A program made the translations under genes and the position numbers. Below, one piece after another: positions 26,669 to 41,528 of a stretch of DNA of 64,000 nucleotides. Within the stretch, counting starts at the first letter, position 1; every line of letters begins with the position of its first letter. Source of the DNA: Octopus vulgaris (taxonomy: Eukaryota); the NCBI GenBank assembly GCA_951406725.2, contig OX597817.1, forward strand, positions 122,016,001 through 122,080,000, in the 5' to 3' direction. Under the pieces are notes generated by a model that saw only the letters and a program-made list of their open reading frames with translations, was not told where the DNA came from and searched no databases.

Positions 26669-26828
26669 ACACCTACATTGCTAGAAATAGGAGCTAAACT
26701 CTTCCACTGCAGTTACAAAGCTCACAGCATATACCCTGATGGGGGCTGCAGCCCCTATCAGAGTATATGTCGTGTGTTTCGTAACAACACTGGAACATTT
26801 TAGTTCCTATTTCTAGCAATGTAGGTGT
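26669..26828. repeat. 160-bp imperfect palindrome
   Basis: acacctacattgctagaaataggagctaaa...ggggctgcagcccc...tttagttcctatttctagcaatgtaggtgt, symmetric about 26748/26749. Confidence 0.9.
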
Positions 26829-26855
26829 TTTATATATATATATATATACTTCCCC

Positions 26856-26979
<124 letters not shown>

Positions 26980-28022
26980 GTTTGTATGTATGTATGTATG
27001 TATGTATGTATGTATACGCTGCTGGAATAACTATATTGAAATTGGGAAAGCAGTAAAGTAGAAGATAATCTATATAAGAAACTGAAGGAAATATGCTTTA
27101 CATATAAACAATGAGTGAAATTACATTTTATATTGTATCTAATGCATTAGATATTTCTTCTTATTGTCTAAACAAAGCAATTAATCAAACAACTGTGATT
27201 GAATAATTAAACCAACAAACTAATTTATTTCTGCATTCAATATTACATTCATTCGCTTAGCAGACAATTTCAGAACACACAGTTATAAATTTGAATGTTC
27301 CAAAGTAAATAGAAACTTTTAACTCAGTTAAAATGGCATTAAGTGACAATAGATTTCTATCTTTATTTCTTATTTAATTAATATTTTCACCAATAACTAC
27401 CATTCTTTCTTATTTCCCAGCAATTCATTAATAAAATGTAAAAAAACATTTTGCGATTATACGTTTCATAAATATTTGTTTATACTATTTTGAATTTTAT
27501 ATTTTTTAGAATAATATTTTTCATTTAGTAATTAAATATAAGCCGGTTCAATGGAGCGAGCATAAAAATAGACAAAAATTAATAATATAAGTTAAAAACC
27601 ATTTCACTTAAATTAGACGGATTTCAGACGGATGTCAGACGTATTGGAATGCGTGTATAATAGATAATATATACATATATATATATAAAATAGAAGTCAT
27701 TAAGAATTTCCAAGCAACACATTTTCTGTACGTTTCGACACATTGTGTCTATAACACTATGTAACTTCCAGTTGCTGATGTGAATCATTTTATTATTTCA
27801 CAAGATAGTTGTCTTTCATTGGGAAGAATTTGAAGTAACCACATGGTATACAAGATTATCTCTGGACATACGTTGGCTTAAACGTCATTCAGATTAAACA
27901 TTATGTCAATAATTATGCTTTATAGATTTCATATATACAGATACGTACATCCATGCAAACATCAATTCATTCATGTATCCATCCATCTATCATGATGTAC
28001 ACACATATATGTACGCATATAC

Positions 28023-28056
<34 letters not shown>

Positions 28057-28183
28057 GTGTGTGTATGTATGTATGTATGTATATATATATATGTATATGA
28101 GTAATATATATATATATTGATAAAAATGATAAGACAACAAAAGAAATGCAAGAGACCTCGATATTATGTAAATAGAGGAATTT

Positions 28184-28284
<101 letters not shown>

Positions 28285-28432
28285 ATGTATATATATGTAT
28301 GGAGTTTTAGAAACAACTCATTAAAACGCTATGGAAATATGATAAAAATTCCAGAAATTCAGGATTCAATGTTTGTATATGTACACGTGTGTAGATGTAT
28401 ACAAACCCACGCATGCAATGGCACCCACGAAT

Positions 28433-28487
<55 letters not shown>

Positions 28488-28559
28488 TACATGCATAAAT
28501 GTATACATGCGCATGTGCTTACGAAATCTTTATAAGCATACGTGCTATACATGCATAAA

Positions 28560-29080
28560 AACGAACCTGCATTGTATCTCTGAAGAATTCACACATGTGA
28601 TTAGTGGCTACTCAAGCACGTCATCAACATATTACCTCCCTATCCGACAAAACGTAGTCGTTAAAATGATATGCAATGCCATTCTGAGTAAAAAGTACAG
28701 GGATAAATATACAGAACTGCTGTTTTTGATTACACACACAAACATCAATGCAAAGAATATCGGTGGAATACTCTCAACAAAACGTCTGTCAAGCGTCAAC
28801 ATAACAGGCTGGATATTATTGTTTGGAACTAGAAGTCAGCTCCCCTGCTGATATCAATATCACTTCGAAAATCAAAGAGAAAGAGGTTTGGAAAATTATG
28901 GACAACTACTTCGGATCCTCCAGTTTCTATATCCTGATAATGAATTCATATTTATACGAATAATATTGCTGAACTGGGATTAACGAGTAAATGTTTAAGT
29001 AACACTCTGGCGAATCTAAGTTCTTCAGAAAAAGAAATCAACCAGCTAATTTGCACATTATATATACAATCTGTCAGAGG
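28560..29080 (+). mobile_element. Decayed RLE-type (R4/NeSL-like) LINE C-terminal fragment
   Basis: THVISGY...YYLPIRQNVVVK (H..S.C and RH.-like motifs), HNRLDIIVW (PD motif degraded), PADINITSKIKEKE, NYGQLLRILQ across frameshifts. Confidence 0.65.
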
Positions 29081-29730
29081 AATAGTAAAAATATGTAAGG
29101 CTTTCCTCAAGTTTATAATGTGAATCTGTGTTTGTTATTTACGTTCGAACGATGGAACTTTATGTCTATGTGTTGTGTGGATGCCCCCAGACGATAAAGT
29201 AGGCTAGCCCAATACGTAGATATATAAGGAGAAGCATAGCCGTCAGGAGGAGAGTTGCAGTCGAGTAGACTAGAACAGAGTAGAGAGTACGACATAACAC
29301 TTTGATAGGAATCTGTCGCTTTCTCAGGGGAATATTTCAAATAATTAAGAAAAGGAACAGATCATACACCAGTAGCTCTTAAGTTTCCAAATGAGAGAGA
29401 TATGCTTTCGAGAAAGAAAAAGGCATTTTCATTATTTGGAAATTCAAAAATAAAACCGTAAATAAGCACAAATATAGTACATGTATATCTACATAATGCA
29501 TAGTGACATACATAATTAATTATTGATTGTGATTCATCTCTATAATGATACTGGAATAATTCAAAAATGAGTTTGAAATGGTGATAGAGTGAAAATTCTG
29601 TTTCAGTAACTAAATTTACTTTCCATACATTGAATAAAGTCTTCATGCTTTATCTTCTAATGCATATATGTGTATGTGTGAACGTTTGTTTGTGTATTTG
29701 TGTGCGTATAGGCTTATATATAAGTATATG

Positions 29731-29794
29731 TGTGTGACTGTTAGTGTGTGTATATATATATGTATATATATTCACACACACTAACAGTCACACA
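29731..29794. repeat. Perfect 21-bp inverted repeat around a TA spacer
   Basis: tgtgtgactgttagtgtgtgt (29731-29751) and acacacactaacagtcacaca (29774-29794). Confidence 0.85.
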
Positions 29795-30619
29795 TATACA
29801 CATATATATATATATGTATAATACATATGTATGTATATATATATATGTATAATACATATGTATGTATATATATATGTATGTATATATATATATATATATA
29901 TATATACATACATATATATATACACACATATATATTATACATATATATATATATGTGTGTATTCACACAGACAGACACAAACACACATGTATACATATAC
30001 ACACATATATGCATATATACACATACATACGTATATAAGCATATATATATGTATATGCCGACACACGCATATAGTGTTAAATCACGTGCTTTAAAAGTAC
30101 ATTTATTAAAAACAAATTCAAACAAATTAAAATTTTATTTTCTGTATGTATAGTTTTGTTATTTTTTATGTTCATTACAGTATTAAACAAACTAATAAAA
30201 TAATACTCGTGGTAGATGTGAAAATGTATATCCTTCAACACCCAAACCATAAGCTAACAGAATGGCTAAAACACTCTCCTGTTACCAGTAATGATATTTT
30301 ATGAACTATCACACTATTTAAAATTAGTAATGGCTGCAAAGCTTAATAGTGATAATCTGTTGAATTATAAATAAGCTCACAAAAATATAGAGAAATTTTA
30401 GAAATGTATACTCTAAATTAGAATATTATATTAATAATGTCATCGCCTGTAGGCGATATATGACTGGTTTTACGCCCGCCATAGTGTTGCTGCAAATTAT
30501 AATCAACCCCAGTCTCGAAAGGGAGTGGCTATAATGTTTAAACATTTAATTAACTTATTGTTTTTGTCGCTTCCATTGAAATGTGTGGCTCCAAGTTTCG
30601 TTAGCATAATTATACATAC

Positions 30620-30733
<114 letters not shown>

Positions 30734-31179
30734 TTTTTTTTTTTTATATATACTCGTGTGTGTGTGTATGTGTAATATTTATATATGTTGATATGATAGC
30801 TAACTAAACTCCGAAATAATTATTTGTAGATAAATATTACACAGACAGAAATTAGTAGGAAGAAGTAGATTTGCATAGTTAACTTTAAAATTGAGGTACA
30901 CTCCTAGTGACAAAATATGTACCTCGGTTTTTCTGAAGACACACACATATATATAATAGGGTTATTTACCTCCAGGCGAATACTTAATTCTTCTCTTTCT
31001 ATGGCATTTTAGTCGATCAAGTGTAGATAGTATTTAATACTTATATTGCAATATACTGGTGTATTTGAAACACGTATGAGCTAAATAAATCTTTTTAATG
31101 TATGTTCACTGTTGTATGTTCTTTGGTATATATCTATATATATATCTATATATATATATATATACCCCGGGGTTCCGGT

Positions 31180-31320
31180 TTCTTTGTATCAAATCCACTC
31201 AAAAGGTTTTGGTCGGTCCGAGACTATAGTAGGAAACACTTGACCAAGATGTCATACAATTGGACTGTTCTCGGAACCAGGCGGTTGGGAAGCAATTCTT
31301 TTACCCTACAGCCATGCTTG
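31180..31320 (-). mobile_element. Degenerate 5' part of a family B SINE
   Basis: caaatccactcaaaaggttttggtcggtccgagactatagtaggaaacacttgaccaag...cagccatgc is the reverse complement of the family B head. Confidence 0.7.
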
Positions 31321-32383
31321 AGTTTGTTGGTAATTCTACACATATTTTTCTACCAAATGTTGCTTTTCTTGTGTAATGTACAATTAACTAAACTCATAGT
31401 ATAGATAACATATAATAATCACATAGTGAAACTACCAAAATGGCGAAAAATTGGGAAAGATTCTCAAGAATACTAGTGATAATGTCACCACCAAAAAAGC
31501 AGGAACCCTAGTTATTCTTACAGAAACACTGAGCAAACACTGCGGAATATAGGGTGTGAAAATATAGAAACCTTGGCAGATCTAAGAACGCTACAGTTGC
31601 AAACAAAATTTAAAGAATTCATAGGGAAAAAGGAAAAGAACTGTAAAAAGAAGCTAAAATGTAAAAGTCATAATCTGAATACGTACTTGCAAGGAAAACC
31701 GTTTCAAATATAAGTGTTTGTGCATTTATGTATATAGATAAATATATGTATGCATACTTACATATATATGTATGCAAATTTACATATATATTTTATATAT
31801 AAAAACATACGCGCACACACAATATAATGAAGAAACAGGGAGAGATAGAAACTTTATGGAGTTAAGAGAGAAAAAGTGTGAGAGAAATCGTGAGAGAGAG
31901 AGAGGAGGAAGGGGGAATATTTAGACATTGATGTATAATTCATATTACGTCTTCAAAAGAACTTTTAATTGTCTGCGATAAATACTACAAACGTTATCTA
32001 TACTAAGCTTATTCAGCTATTTTAAGTATTATTTGTTCTTCGAATAGGTTAATCGATATGAATTGAAGCTGGTGAAGAGTACATTTGATATCTAACTTTA
32101 TAAGCAATTTACGGATGTAGTTTATTCCCCACACACGTTGTAACTGGAATGTGAAAATTATATTTAAGATTTCATACAATAATAAATCAATATTATAAAT
32201 GTTTTCTGCAATATTTTCGCATATTTCACCTGACATAAGATATTTATTTCTGTAACTCCTTTGAGAAGAGTATTTGATTTCACTAGCAATTTTTAAATAC
32301 ATGTGTGGTACCTACAACTGAAATAGTACGGTATTCTTGACATAAGGAAACGGTAATGTTTGCCATCAGTTTTACTGTATTTT

Positions 32384-32415
<32 letters not shown>

Positions 32416-33030
32416 CTCTTTAATTGTTTCTTTGCATTAAATATTGATTTTTATTCCACTTTAGATCGTGTATGCGAATTAGTGGTTTTATGATGTACAT
32501 GGTTCTCTATAAATAAAGAAGATATTTAAAATATATTGAGAATTGTAAACATTTTGGCTTTATATGTTCTTGCTCTTAAAAAAAATTACATTAGTATCAA
32601 AAGTTCTTTGAAGAGCTTGTGTTAAGACTTTGTACCAAAGTAGGTTTAAATAATCACGCAGAAAAATTATTTAAACATTTATCCGAATTGATATAATACA
32701 ATGTCTTAAGATTTAACATACTACATGCAATTCGAAAATCCCATTGAAAATTCAGAAGCATATGATCGAAATCTAACTTTGAATTAACCAATTAAAACAG
32801 TAAAATAAATGGGTAATTGGAATTTAATCTAATGCATAGAATATTAACTAATTTAACGGGCAGTAATTAGAGAATAAAAAAATACCATAGTATATATATA
32901 TATATATATATATAATTACACATATACATGTATACATTATGTACATATGCATAAATATACGCGCACGTGTGTGACTACGTATGTATATACAAATATATAT
33001 ATATATGTTTATATATACCATATATATGCA

Positions 33031-33082
<52 letters not shown>

Positions 33083-33779
33083 CACACACACAATAATTAT
33101 TGCAATAAGACAAAAGGCGAAATATTTCATTAACTGACAATGTGATTGAGATTTAATAATTACATTACCACACGATAATTAACATTCAATTTTAAATCTG
33201 CAGTGAATACAAAACCCTCTTTTGATTAGATATATATTTTACAACATATATTTCCTAAATGAAATGAATGTCCATATCAATTTAAAACTAATAAATTTAA
33301 TACAACTAAACATATTCATGAGACAATTATCCTGCAGAATGAAATATAATGAGAACCAGTATGTCAGAATTTAATCGTATGGAATCATTTTTTCCTGATA
33401 TTCCCAAATGTGAAGTAAATGGAATCAGCAAACTTTTATATTTTTAAATCAATCATTTCATAATTGATTTGTTAAGTAAAATATACTTTAAAATCCCAGG
33501 TAACTGAATTGACTATCATAAAAATTCTCTTATATTTTAAGGATTTTTTTAATGAATGGTTTAAACTTTCAGTTACTCCAAAGAGAAACTTCTGTATGGT
33601 TTCCAGATCTCTTAGAAATTGCACAACCAAGCTATCTTAAAATAAAATACATAGTATAATATGACCAGAAAAATCAAAAGACACTGCCCGGGGAGTGTTT
33701 GATCATAGGTTTTCTCGATAAATCACAAATTTCTGCTAAAGAATAACTTGAAACTGCATGAAACAATTAGCTTTATCTT

Positions 33780-34390
33780 CTTTTATCTTTTACTTCTTTC
33801 AGTCATTAGACTGCGTTCATGCTGGGGCATTTCCTTCAAGAATTTTTAGCTGAATGAATCGATCACAGTGCTTACGTTTTTAAAACCTAATACTTATTCT
33901 ATTAGTCTCTTTTGTCGAATCGCTAAGTTACGGGGACGTAAACCACACCAACACATATTGTCTAGCGGTAAGGAGACACACACACATGTATATATTTGTA
34001 CACGACGGGCTTCTTTCAATTACCTATTTTTTTATAGCCCACAAGGGGCTAAACACAAGGGGGACAAACAAGGACAGACATAGCTATTAAGTCGATTACA
34101 TCTACCCCAGTGCGTAACTGGTACTTAATTTATCGACCCCGAAAGGATGAAAGGCAAAGTCGACCTCGGCGGAATTTGAACTCACAACGTAACGCAGACG
34201 AAATACTGCTAAGCATTTCACCCGGCGTGCTAACGTTTCTGCCAGCTCGCCGGCTTCTTTCAATTACCGTCCACCAAATCCATTCGCAAAGGTTTAAGCG
34301 GTCCGAAGCTATAGTAAAATGCCCAAGGTGTCACGTTGTAGGAACTATTTGGTAGGGAAGCAAACGATTTACCACACAGCCATAGGTGTG
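33780..34390 (-). mobile_element. Family B SINE interrupted by a nested family A SINE
   Basis: 3' part at 33780-34024 and 5' part at 34252-34390 match family B in reverse orientation. Confidence 0.8.
34025..34251 (-). mobile_element. Family A SINE with 17-bp TSD, nested in family B
   Basis: Reverse complement of the 5665 element; direct repeat ggcttctttcaattacc at 34008-34024 and 34252-34268. Confidence 0.9.
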
Positions 34391-35763
34391 CCAACTATCG
34401 AGAAAATGTGATGAAATCGAAATGATGTTTCACATGACGAAAATAGTATGAAGTATATTAATTTTTGCAGTATATGTTAGAACAATACTATATTATTTCG
34501 ACAAATATTTTGGTACTTTCACAACTTCATCTGCTTATGATGAATGTTACGTTAACTCAATGTAGAAGATTGCAAGCAATGTATTACATCGTTTGCAAAC
34601 TTTCTTCGTGTACTTGTTATTGGGGAAAGCGTTTATAGATTGCAGCTAAACGAATGATAAAGACAGAACATGGCTTTGATTCCTGATCGGATCTTTGTGA
34701 AGCAATGACAATTATAGTAATTTATATTCTTTTCTCCAGAACCAAAGACTATTGAATTTCCGTCTTACATTACGCAAAAACCGTTCATAATATAGTGTGT
34801 TTACTTGGAAATATATGACATTTAATTGATGCATTTCTAGAGACCTATTCTCTAAACCTCAATAACTCCGATGAACTAAACCTCGTACGTACATGCCAAA
34901 GAATATCTCCAAGATTCCGCCTATCTGTCTTCTTATCCCTCTATCTACCTCTTTGCCTTTCTATCTACTTGCATAATTAAGTGGTCATCATATCTGAATA
35001 TTCGTACAGTTAAACATATATCATTGATCTCACACAGATTCTATGAAAGAAAGCAGCCATACGAATAAACACCCCAAAAACGAAAACGACAAGACACAGT
35101 ATAATATTGCTATAGAAAAAAAACTAATGTATCTGCTATGATACTTCACACGTTTACAGTGACGTATGGTATTTTATACTTAAAGCAACAAAACAAATGT
35201 GTTTTGAAATTATATACACGGACATTCATATCGCTCATTAAAGCGTAATAATTCCTCTTCTCGCGATAAAATTTTCTCGAGAGCCAATTTACTATTTAAG
35301 AATTTAGAGAATATATAATTTGAGCTAATTGCTATCGCCTGCGTGCCTAGATTCATCTACTCTTTTGTCAAGAACTGTAATATAGACATTGTTTTTTTTT
35401 TTTTATTGAAATATATTCAAAGTTGGAAAACTACCAATATTTCCCTACTACAGTAGATTCTACGAAACCTTTTCGTTTAATTGAATAGTCTTATAATAAT
35501 TGTTCTTCCAGTTTTTGTAGTTTCTATTTCTTACTCGCATTACATACAAGATGAACGTTTCACCACTTTATTATTTAGCAGTAGATGCTTCGATCCAATA
35601 TACTGTTATCTACTTTTAGATATATTTTCAGTGTCATTAAAACTTGTTGATGATATGATATAGTAAACGGTGTCACATTACATATAAAGACGAAAGAATG
35701 TGCAATATATTAGATATAGTTTTCCTTAGTTTGTGTATACAAGCATACATACATGCGTACCTA

Positions 35764-35809
<46 letters not shown>

Positions 35810-38800
35810 GTATACATGGTTAAGCCTAAGAACCAGTTTTAAACACTCTATTAACGGAATCCGGTAAACATGTCTAACATTAGGTGGGTGACTACGAACG
35901 ACTATATACCTGAGTTAGAGCCTAAGAGAGCCGCCAAGAGCGCACAACAATGTATGTTTCAATAGGCAGAAAACATAATGACACCTATCTCCTCTGTAGA
36001 CTTGGTTGACTATTGTCTTCTTTGTAAAAATAGTACCCTTTGTTAGGGTTTATTCTTAACCCTGACCGGTACGAAACTGTCGAACAATTTCTGCTGGCTT
36101 ATATGGTAGAATCCGAATTAAATATCTCGGATTAAAGAATTTAAATTTATTTTGCTGCAAGTTTAAACAGTACTGTTTTATATCAACATCTTCGACAGGC
36201 TAAATAATGTTATACCACTTGCATGTCTTCTTGCCAGCCATAAAAATTTAACAACAATAATATCGTACTGAGAAAATAATCACGTTAGAAAAAAGCAGAA
36301 AAGTTGACGGGAAGACTTATATGCAGTAAAAATCAACTTCAGATCGACGAAACCAATCGAATACTAAAGGAAGATTAAGATGGGTCTAAGTGGTACATCT
36401 GATAACCAGAAAACTTTTGTCAGTATTCATAACACATGGCTCTTGGAAACAATAGCCATCAGTAATGTAGCACATAACAAGACGGTCGTCTCAATCCCAT
36501 GTCGATGACGAGAAAAACTCCTTGAATCAATTTACTGTTAAGATTAGGCATTATATTACATTAGACATCTTAAGAAGCACTTTCAGATAAAAAGATGAAA
36601 GTGATTATCTCGAACGAGGTATCTCACGTTCGTTTGAATTATTTACCAGGTATTAGATATATAAACCAAAGTTTTACGAATGATGCTTAACTGAATGAAG
36701 AGCTTTAATTGGGGTGGGTGAAATAATTGTTACTTTTTATAACCATTTAAATAATCAGGAACATGTATATTTATTGTAAATATAGAAGATTCTATAATAT
36801 TCAGGTTGCTCCCAAGAGCATTATGTATGGAAGACAAAAGAAATCGCTTTAGCTTCTTATCTAATTTCATTCACCAGATGGATATACTTCTAGACTACAA
36901 TCAAAAGAAAATATTACATTACTTATTAGCCATATAATATGAAATGTCTAAAGCGATAAACATTTTCTATTTTACATTGCAATTCAAAGATATCTAATAG
37001 GGATGAATAGATCTTAATGCATCAGTAACCCATTCAATTCTTTTCGCAATTTCACAGAATTTATGTAAATGTCTGTTATATATTCCCTTTTGTATAAATT
37101 AAATTGTAATGCTTAGAAAAATGTTTAATATAATTGTCTACTTTCTCAAGTAGGATATTCTGTTATTATGTTAAACGTTTTCGTTGTAATATTTTTCGGA
37201 CAATCAAGAAAACCGCGCTAAGTTCCAGCATAATGTGACATGTTCCAGCAAGAAGAGTGGAACAAAAGACAAGTGATTAATTTATTTAATTTACAATTGG
37301 AATTTGCACCAGAATGTATATTCAGGTTTACAATATGAATGACAATTGTCAGTTTCTCAAAACATTTGTATACGACGGTGTTTCATACCAAACTATATAA
37401 CCTATTAATTGTTATTATCACAATAATGATCGTAGCATAGTATTCATAATATTCTTATGGATACTAGGAGCACGAGAGGTTCTATAGATATACATAACCA
37501 TCATTTTAATAATAAATAATCTATTACTAACTTTGACTCAACCGTACACACGCGCGTTGATTTTGGTAAATAAATAGCGACATTTTCCCTGTCTACGAAA
37601 ACATGACTATATTTTTATGAATGTAGTTTAAACTGTAAACGACAATATTCTAATTAAATCTTTGCTCAGAGGTATAAGCTATAAAATTTATAACATAAAC
37701 GATTATTCTTTGTCATTGATCCTATTTCACTATATACATACATACACATATATAACACAGACACGCACACACATATATATGTATGTATGTATGTACGTAT
37801 GTATGTGTGTATTCGTGTGTGTTTGTAGGATTCTGTATGACTATATATCGAAAACAAATTAGATATAGACGTCTCAACAATAAAGTAAAATGATTATAAG
37901 TAAGAAAAAAAAATAAGGGCAACCAATATCCTTCTGTTTTTTTTTTTTGTTTCTTTTTTGGCACACGTGTGCTTAATTCTTGTTTTACTATTTAATTTTA
38001 TTATCGAATAACCCAACGAATTATGACATCAAATTTAGATTGGGAAATAAATATGGCAATTATTCTGAAGCAACGGGTTCTCTGAAGCGATATAAATATT
38101 TCCTTTTATTCTTGGTATAAATTAATTCAATTAAGAGGTTATTGACTCTAAGATATATTTATTTTTCTAGTATTGCTTTTTTCTTTCAGTTGTTGTCAGG
38201 CATTGTTTTCCATTGCCGTGCAGGCACATACTAAATAAATTGCAGTATGACCTGCATGTGTAAGAATAGATGCATATGTAGTTTATAATTGCTAGATTAT
38301 TCGTATTTTCTGTTTCATTTGAATGATATAAAACTTTAAATTCTCATGACATATAACATGACGTTTCGGTGCGACAAACACTATGGTGTATTCTCTCACC
38401 TACACAAGAGCAGAAACATGAATATAAACAAATGAAAGAGCGGCTATGTAGTCACGCTATCTGCTAGAAATGGTAGTCATTTATGTGTCTCTCATATTAC
38501 ACAAAATTCTCTTAGAAAAGAAGGTAACATAATGCGATCCGTGGGTATTATAATTGAGATAAAGACAAAATATTCCGGGCAGCAAGCCTTCTATAGGTTT
38601 GCTTGGCCAAAGCTGAATTGTTAGTATGTGACAACACAAACTCGGATTTCTAGGATTATAATGCTTACTAATATTGGGTTGTATATTAAGAAAATGGCTT
38701 TTGTTCTACCCTCGGGTTAAAGCTCGCTGTGACATTAGTTACTCAGCAAATATACAAGCCTGTTAGATTACCAGCACTGCAAATCAAACGCCATCTTACT

Positions 38801-41042
38801 CACACGCCGTCATAGTTCTCTCTGATTGAGCATTACGCTAACATTGTAAATGTACGAGGAATAATCAACAACTTATTCTAGAATTCAATGAGCAAGTAGT
38901 TCACTTGATAAGAACAAATGAAATATTCATCGTACAAACCGATGGAGATCCATACATAAATGTTCTTTCGAACAGCAAAGAAACATATGTAGGTGAATTC
39001 GATGATGACGGATATATTCAGTTTTTTTCTTAATATGGAATATTCATACACATTTTAAAGAACATGTAAACATATTGTACATTCATATACATTTATGAAG
39101 ATTTCATCCATCCAGTTACATAGTTTAAACAGTTCTATAAACATACAAATAAACTGTATGAAAGAGAAAATTGATGTTGATTAAACGCTATAAGTATGTC
39201 TCCGAACATTTTGCTCTTGTTTTATTTCGTTGATCTCTGATAATGATTATTAATCTAATCGATTTTCAGTCAGCAGTTGAAAAAATGTTTCAATCATACG
39301 TTAATAACAATGGTTGTCATTTTCCTTCTGTCTGAGATTATTTAATTTGTAGCACACATACACAATTACCATTACTTCTGCTTAACGTACATAGTTATAA
39401 TAATTCGACATTTCCCTACAAATTGGCGCACATCGCTCATCACATGTCCCGCCTTTACATTTTGCCAGATTTTATTTCTTATATATATTACACTACATAT
39501 TCTTACGCTTTGATTGTGCACGAAACACGAGGTTTTGAATGCACATACATAAACACACGCACACATAACTACTCATACACGCACATATGTGTGTGTATAT
39601 AAGTATATATTCAAGCTTACATCGTGTAGGCATACATGTACATAAACATATAGATCTACATATCTGTATATATGTGCATGCATGTATATATGTATACACT
39701 TGTTAGAATTGCCATTACAAATGCCCTACAGCATTGCCTATCATGATATTATAAATGATATACCATTTGCACTTATGCGTCACTTTTCTGGAAAGTATAT
39801 ACCATGAAATGGATTATATAACAGATATCTCAGATAGTATCTTACTTCAATTTACGTAACTGCTGAGAGGATGAAATCTATGTGTAATAGCAAACACCTA
39901 ATGAGCAGTCAATATTATCAGGGAAGTAAAACTCGTCAGTATTTTACATTAGATTCGAGTAGAAGTAGCTAGATGTTAGAATTTCGTTTTTCACCCTTTT
40001 TTGAATCGTACGGATTACACTAATCACATTGGATAGCAATTATCACGATCGATATAAAGTATTTTTATTTTACGTGATTGGTTGTCTTCTCGTTGATTTA
40101 CTGTTTTCACCACATTTCACAACTACATATTATTTTGTCGTTATTGTAAATAAGGACAGAAAACCTACTCTTTCAGCAATGATTTTGTATTGTAATCTAC
40201 TTGCCATTTTACGATAAAATTTAAGTAGGTTTTTCGTTGTTGTTTTAAAATCGTACATTTCTGAGCAAAGGAAGGAACAATAAATTATCGATTACTGCTA
40301 CCTTTTTTTGGAAAAGGGACAAAACTTATCAGAGAGTAGGTACAGTCAACTAATTCTGTTCAGTAGATATGATTTTTCTTCACAATGCAATGACGACACA
40401 AAATACGTTCTGGATTTTAAAAAACCCCAGCCCAAAATATAAAATTAATATTTAATTATATCAAGATAATAAATATTAAAATACCAACACTCAAGCGTTT
40501 TTATCATTTCAATCCACTTTATCATGACACTAAATAATGTAACTGACTACGGGTTTTCTTGTTTAGCCAATAAATTATTTGTAATGGGGAGACATTATAG
40601 ATTTTTTTTTGCTTCGACTCACTTAGATTCTATTCAGTTAAATTGTAATTGTTACGGCACTATACAAGATATTGTTTTGGCAGAGTACGTTTTGAACAAC
40701 ATTTGGCAGTTATTTCTAGCTAGTCTAGCTATGAAACAAAGGTTATCTTATTGAATTTGTATGTTTTCAATAGTTTGTGTTTCTGTAGTGGCAGATGTCC
40801 TGAAGCAAGTTGAAATTGAGACGGAGTTCAAATTCACGCTTGAAGCCATTTCACTTGAAATACTAAGAGAATATATCTTATTATGTGAATGCGTGTATGT
40901 GTATGAATGCATATATATATATATATATATTATAGGTTATAAAATGAGATAGGGGTTGAAAATTCAACCCACCATGGGATAATATATATCCAATATACTG
41001 CTAGATAGGTACCCAACAAAAATAATACATAGAAACTATCCG

Positions 41043-41433
41043 ATGATACTCAATCCATACTTTAATACACCATTACATATGAGTAAAGGCAATATATAAA
41101 ATGAAATGAGATATACAGTAATAGTAAAATTTATATTTATATGTATATGATTATATAATATTTTTCACTATTATAACAAATTTAATTTAATTCTCTGAAG
41201 AGGCCGTGGGGATCTTTTAATGCCTCATTTATACCCCTTTATGCTTATAGGTTAAATGAGGTATGACTGTCCTCACTGCCGAAACAGCTGTCAGTTTGAT
41301 TTATTTGCATATTATATTTGAAATTTTATTATACTCTTTATCTTTTACTTTTACTATTACTGTATATCTCATTTCATTTTATATTGCCTTTACTCATATG
41401 TAATGGTGTATTAAAGTATGGATTGAGTATCAT
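41043..41433. mobile_element. Fold-back element (about 86-bp inverted arms) enclosing a hammerhead motif; probably Penelope-like-element derived
   Basis: atgatactcaatccatac...tacagtaatagtaaaa (41043-41129) is almost the exact reverse complement of ttttactattactgta...gtatggattgagtatcat (41349-41433). The element may extend left to about 40932. Confidence 0.8.
41191..41296 (+). ncRNA. Minimal type I hammerhead ribozyme motif (Penelope-associated type)
   Basis: CTGAAGA (41195-41201), long stem II (GGC/GCC, GTGGGGA/TCCTCAC, TGCCTCATTTA/TAAATGAGGTA), GAAAC-AGCT-GTC (41281-41292) with a palindromic stem III loop. Stem I is only 2 bp (CT/AG). Confidence 0.7.
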
Positions 41434-41482
41434 GATTTGATGTTTTACTGATTTAAGTATGTTTTCATTCTCTAATTTTGTA

Positions 41483-41528
<46 letters not shown>

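Noticed and set aside
29165-29330. Solo-LTR-like segment (TG start, TATATAAG, purine-rich region)
   Set aside because: No defined CA end, TSD or partner LTR in the window.
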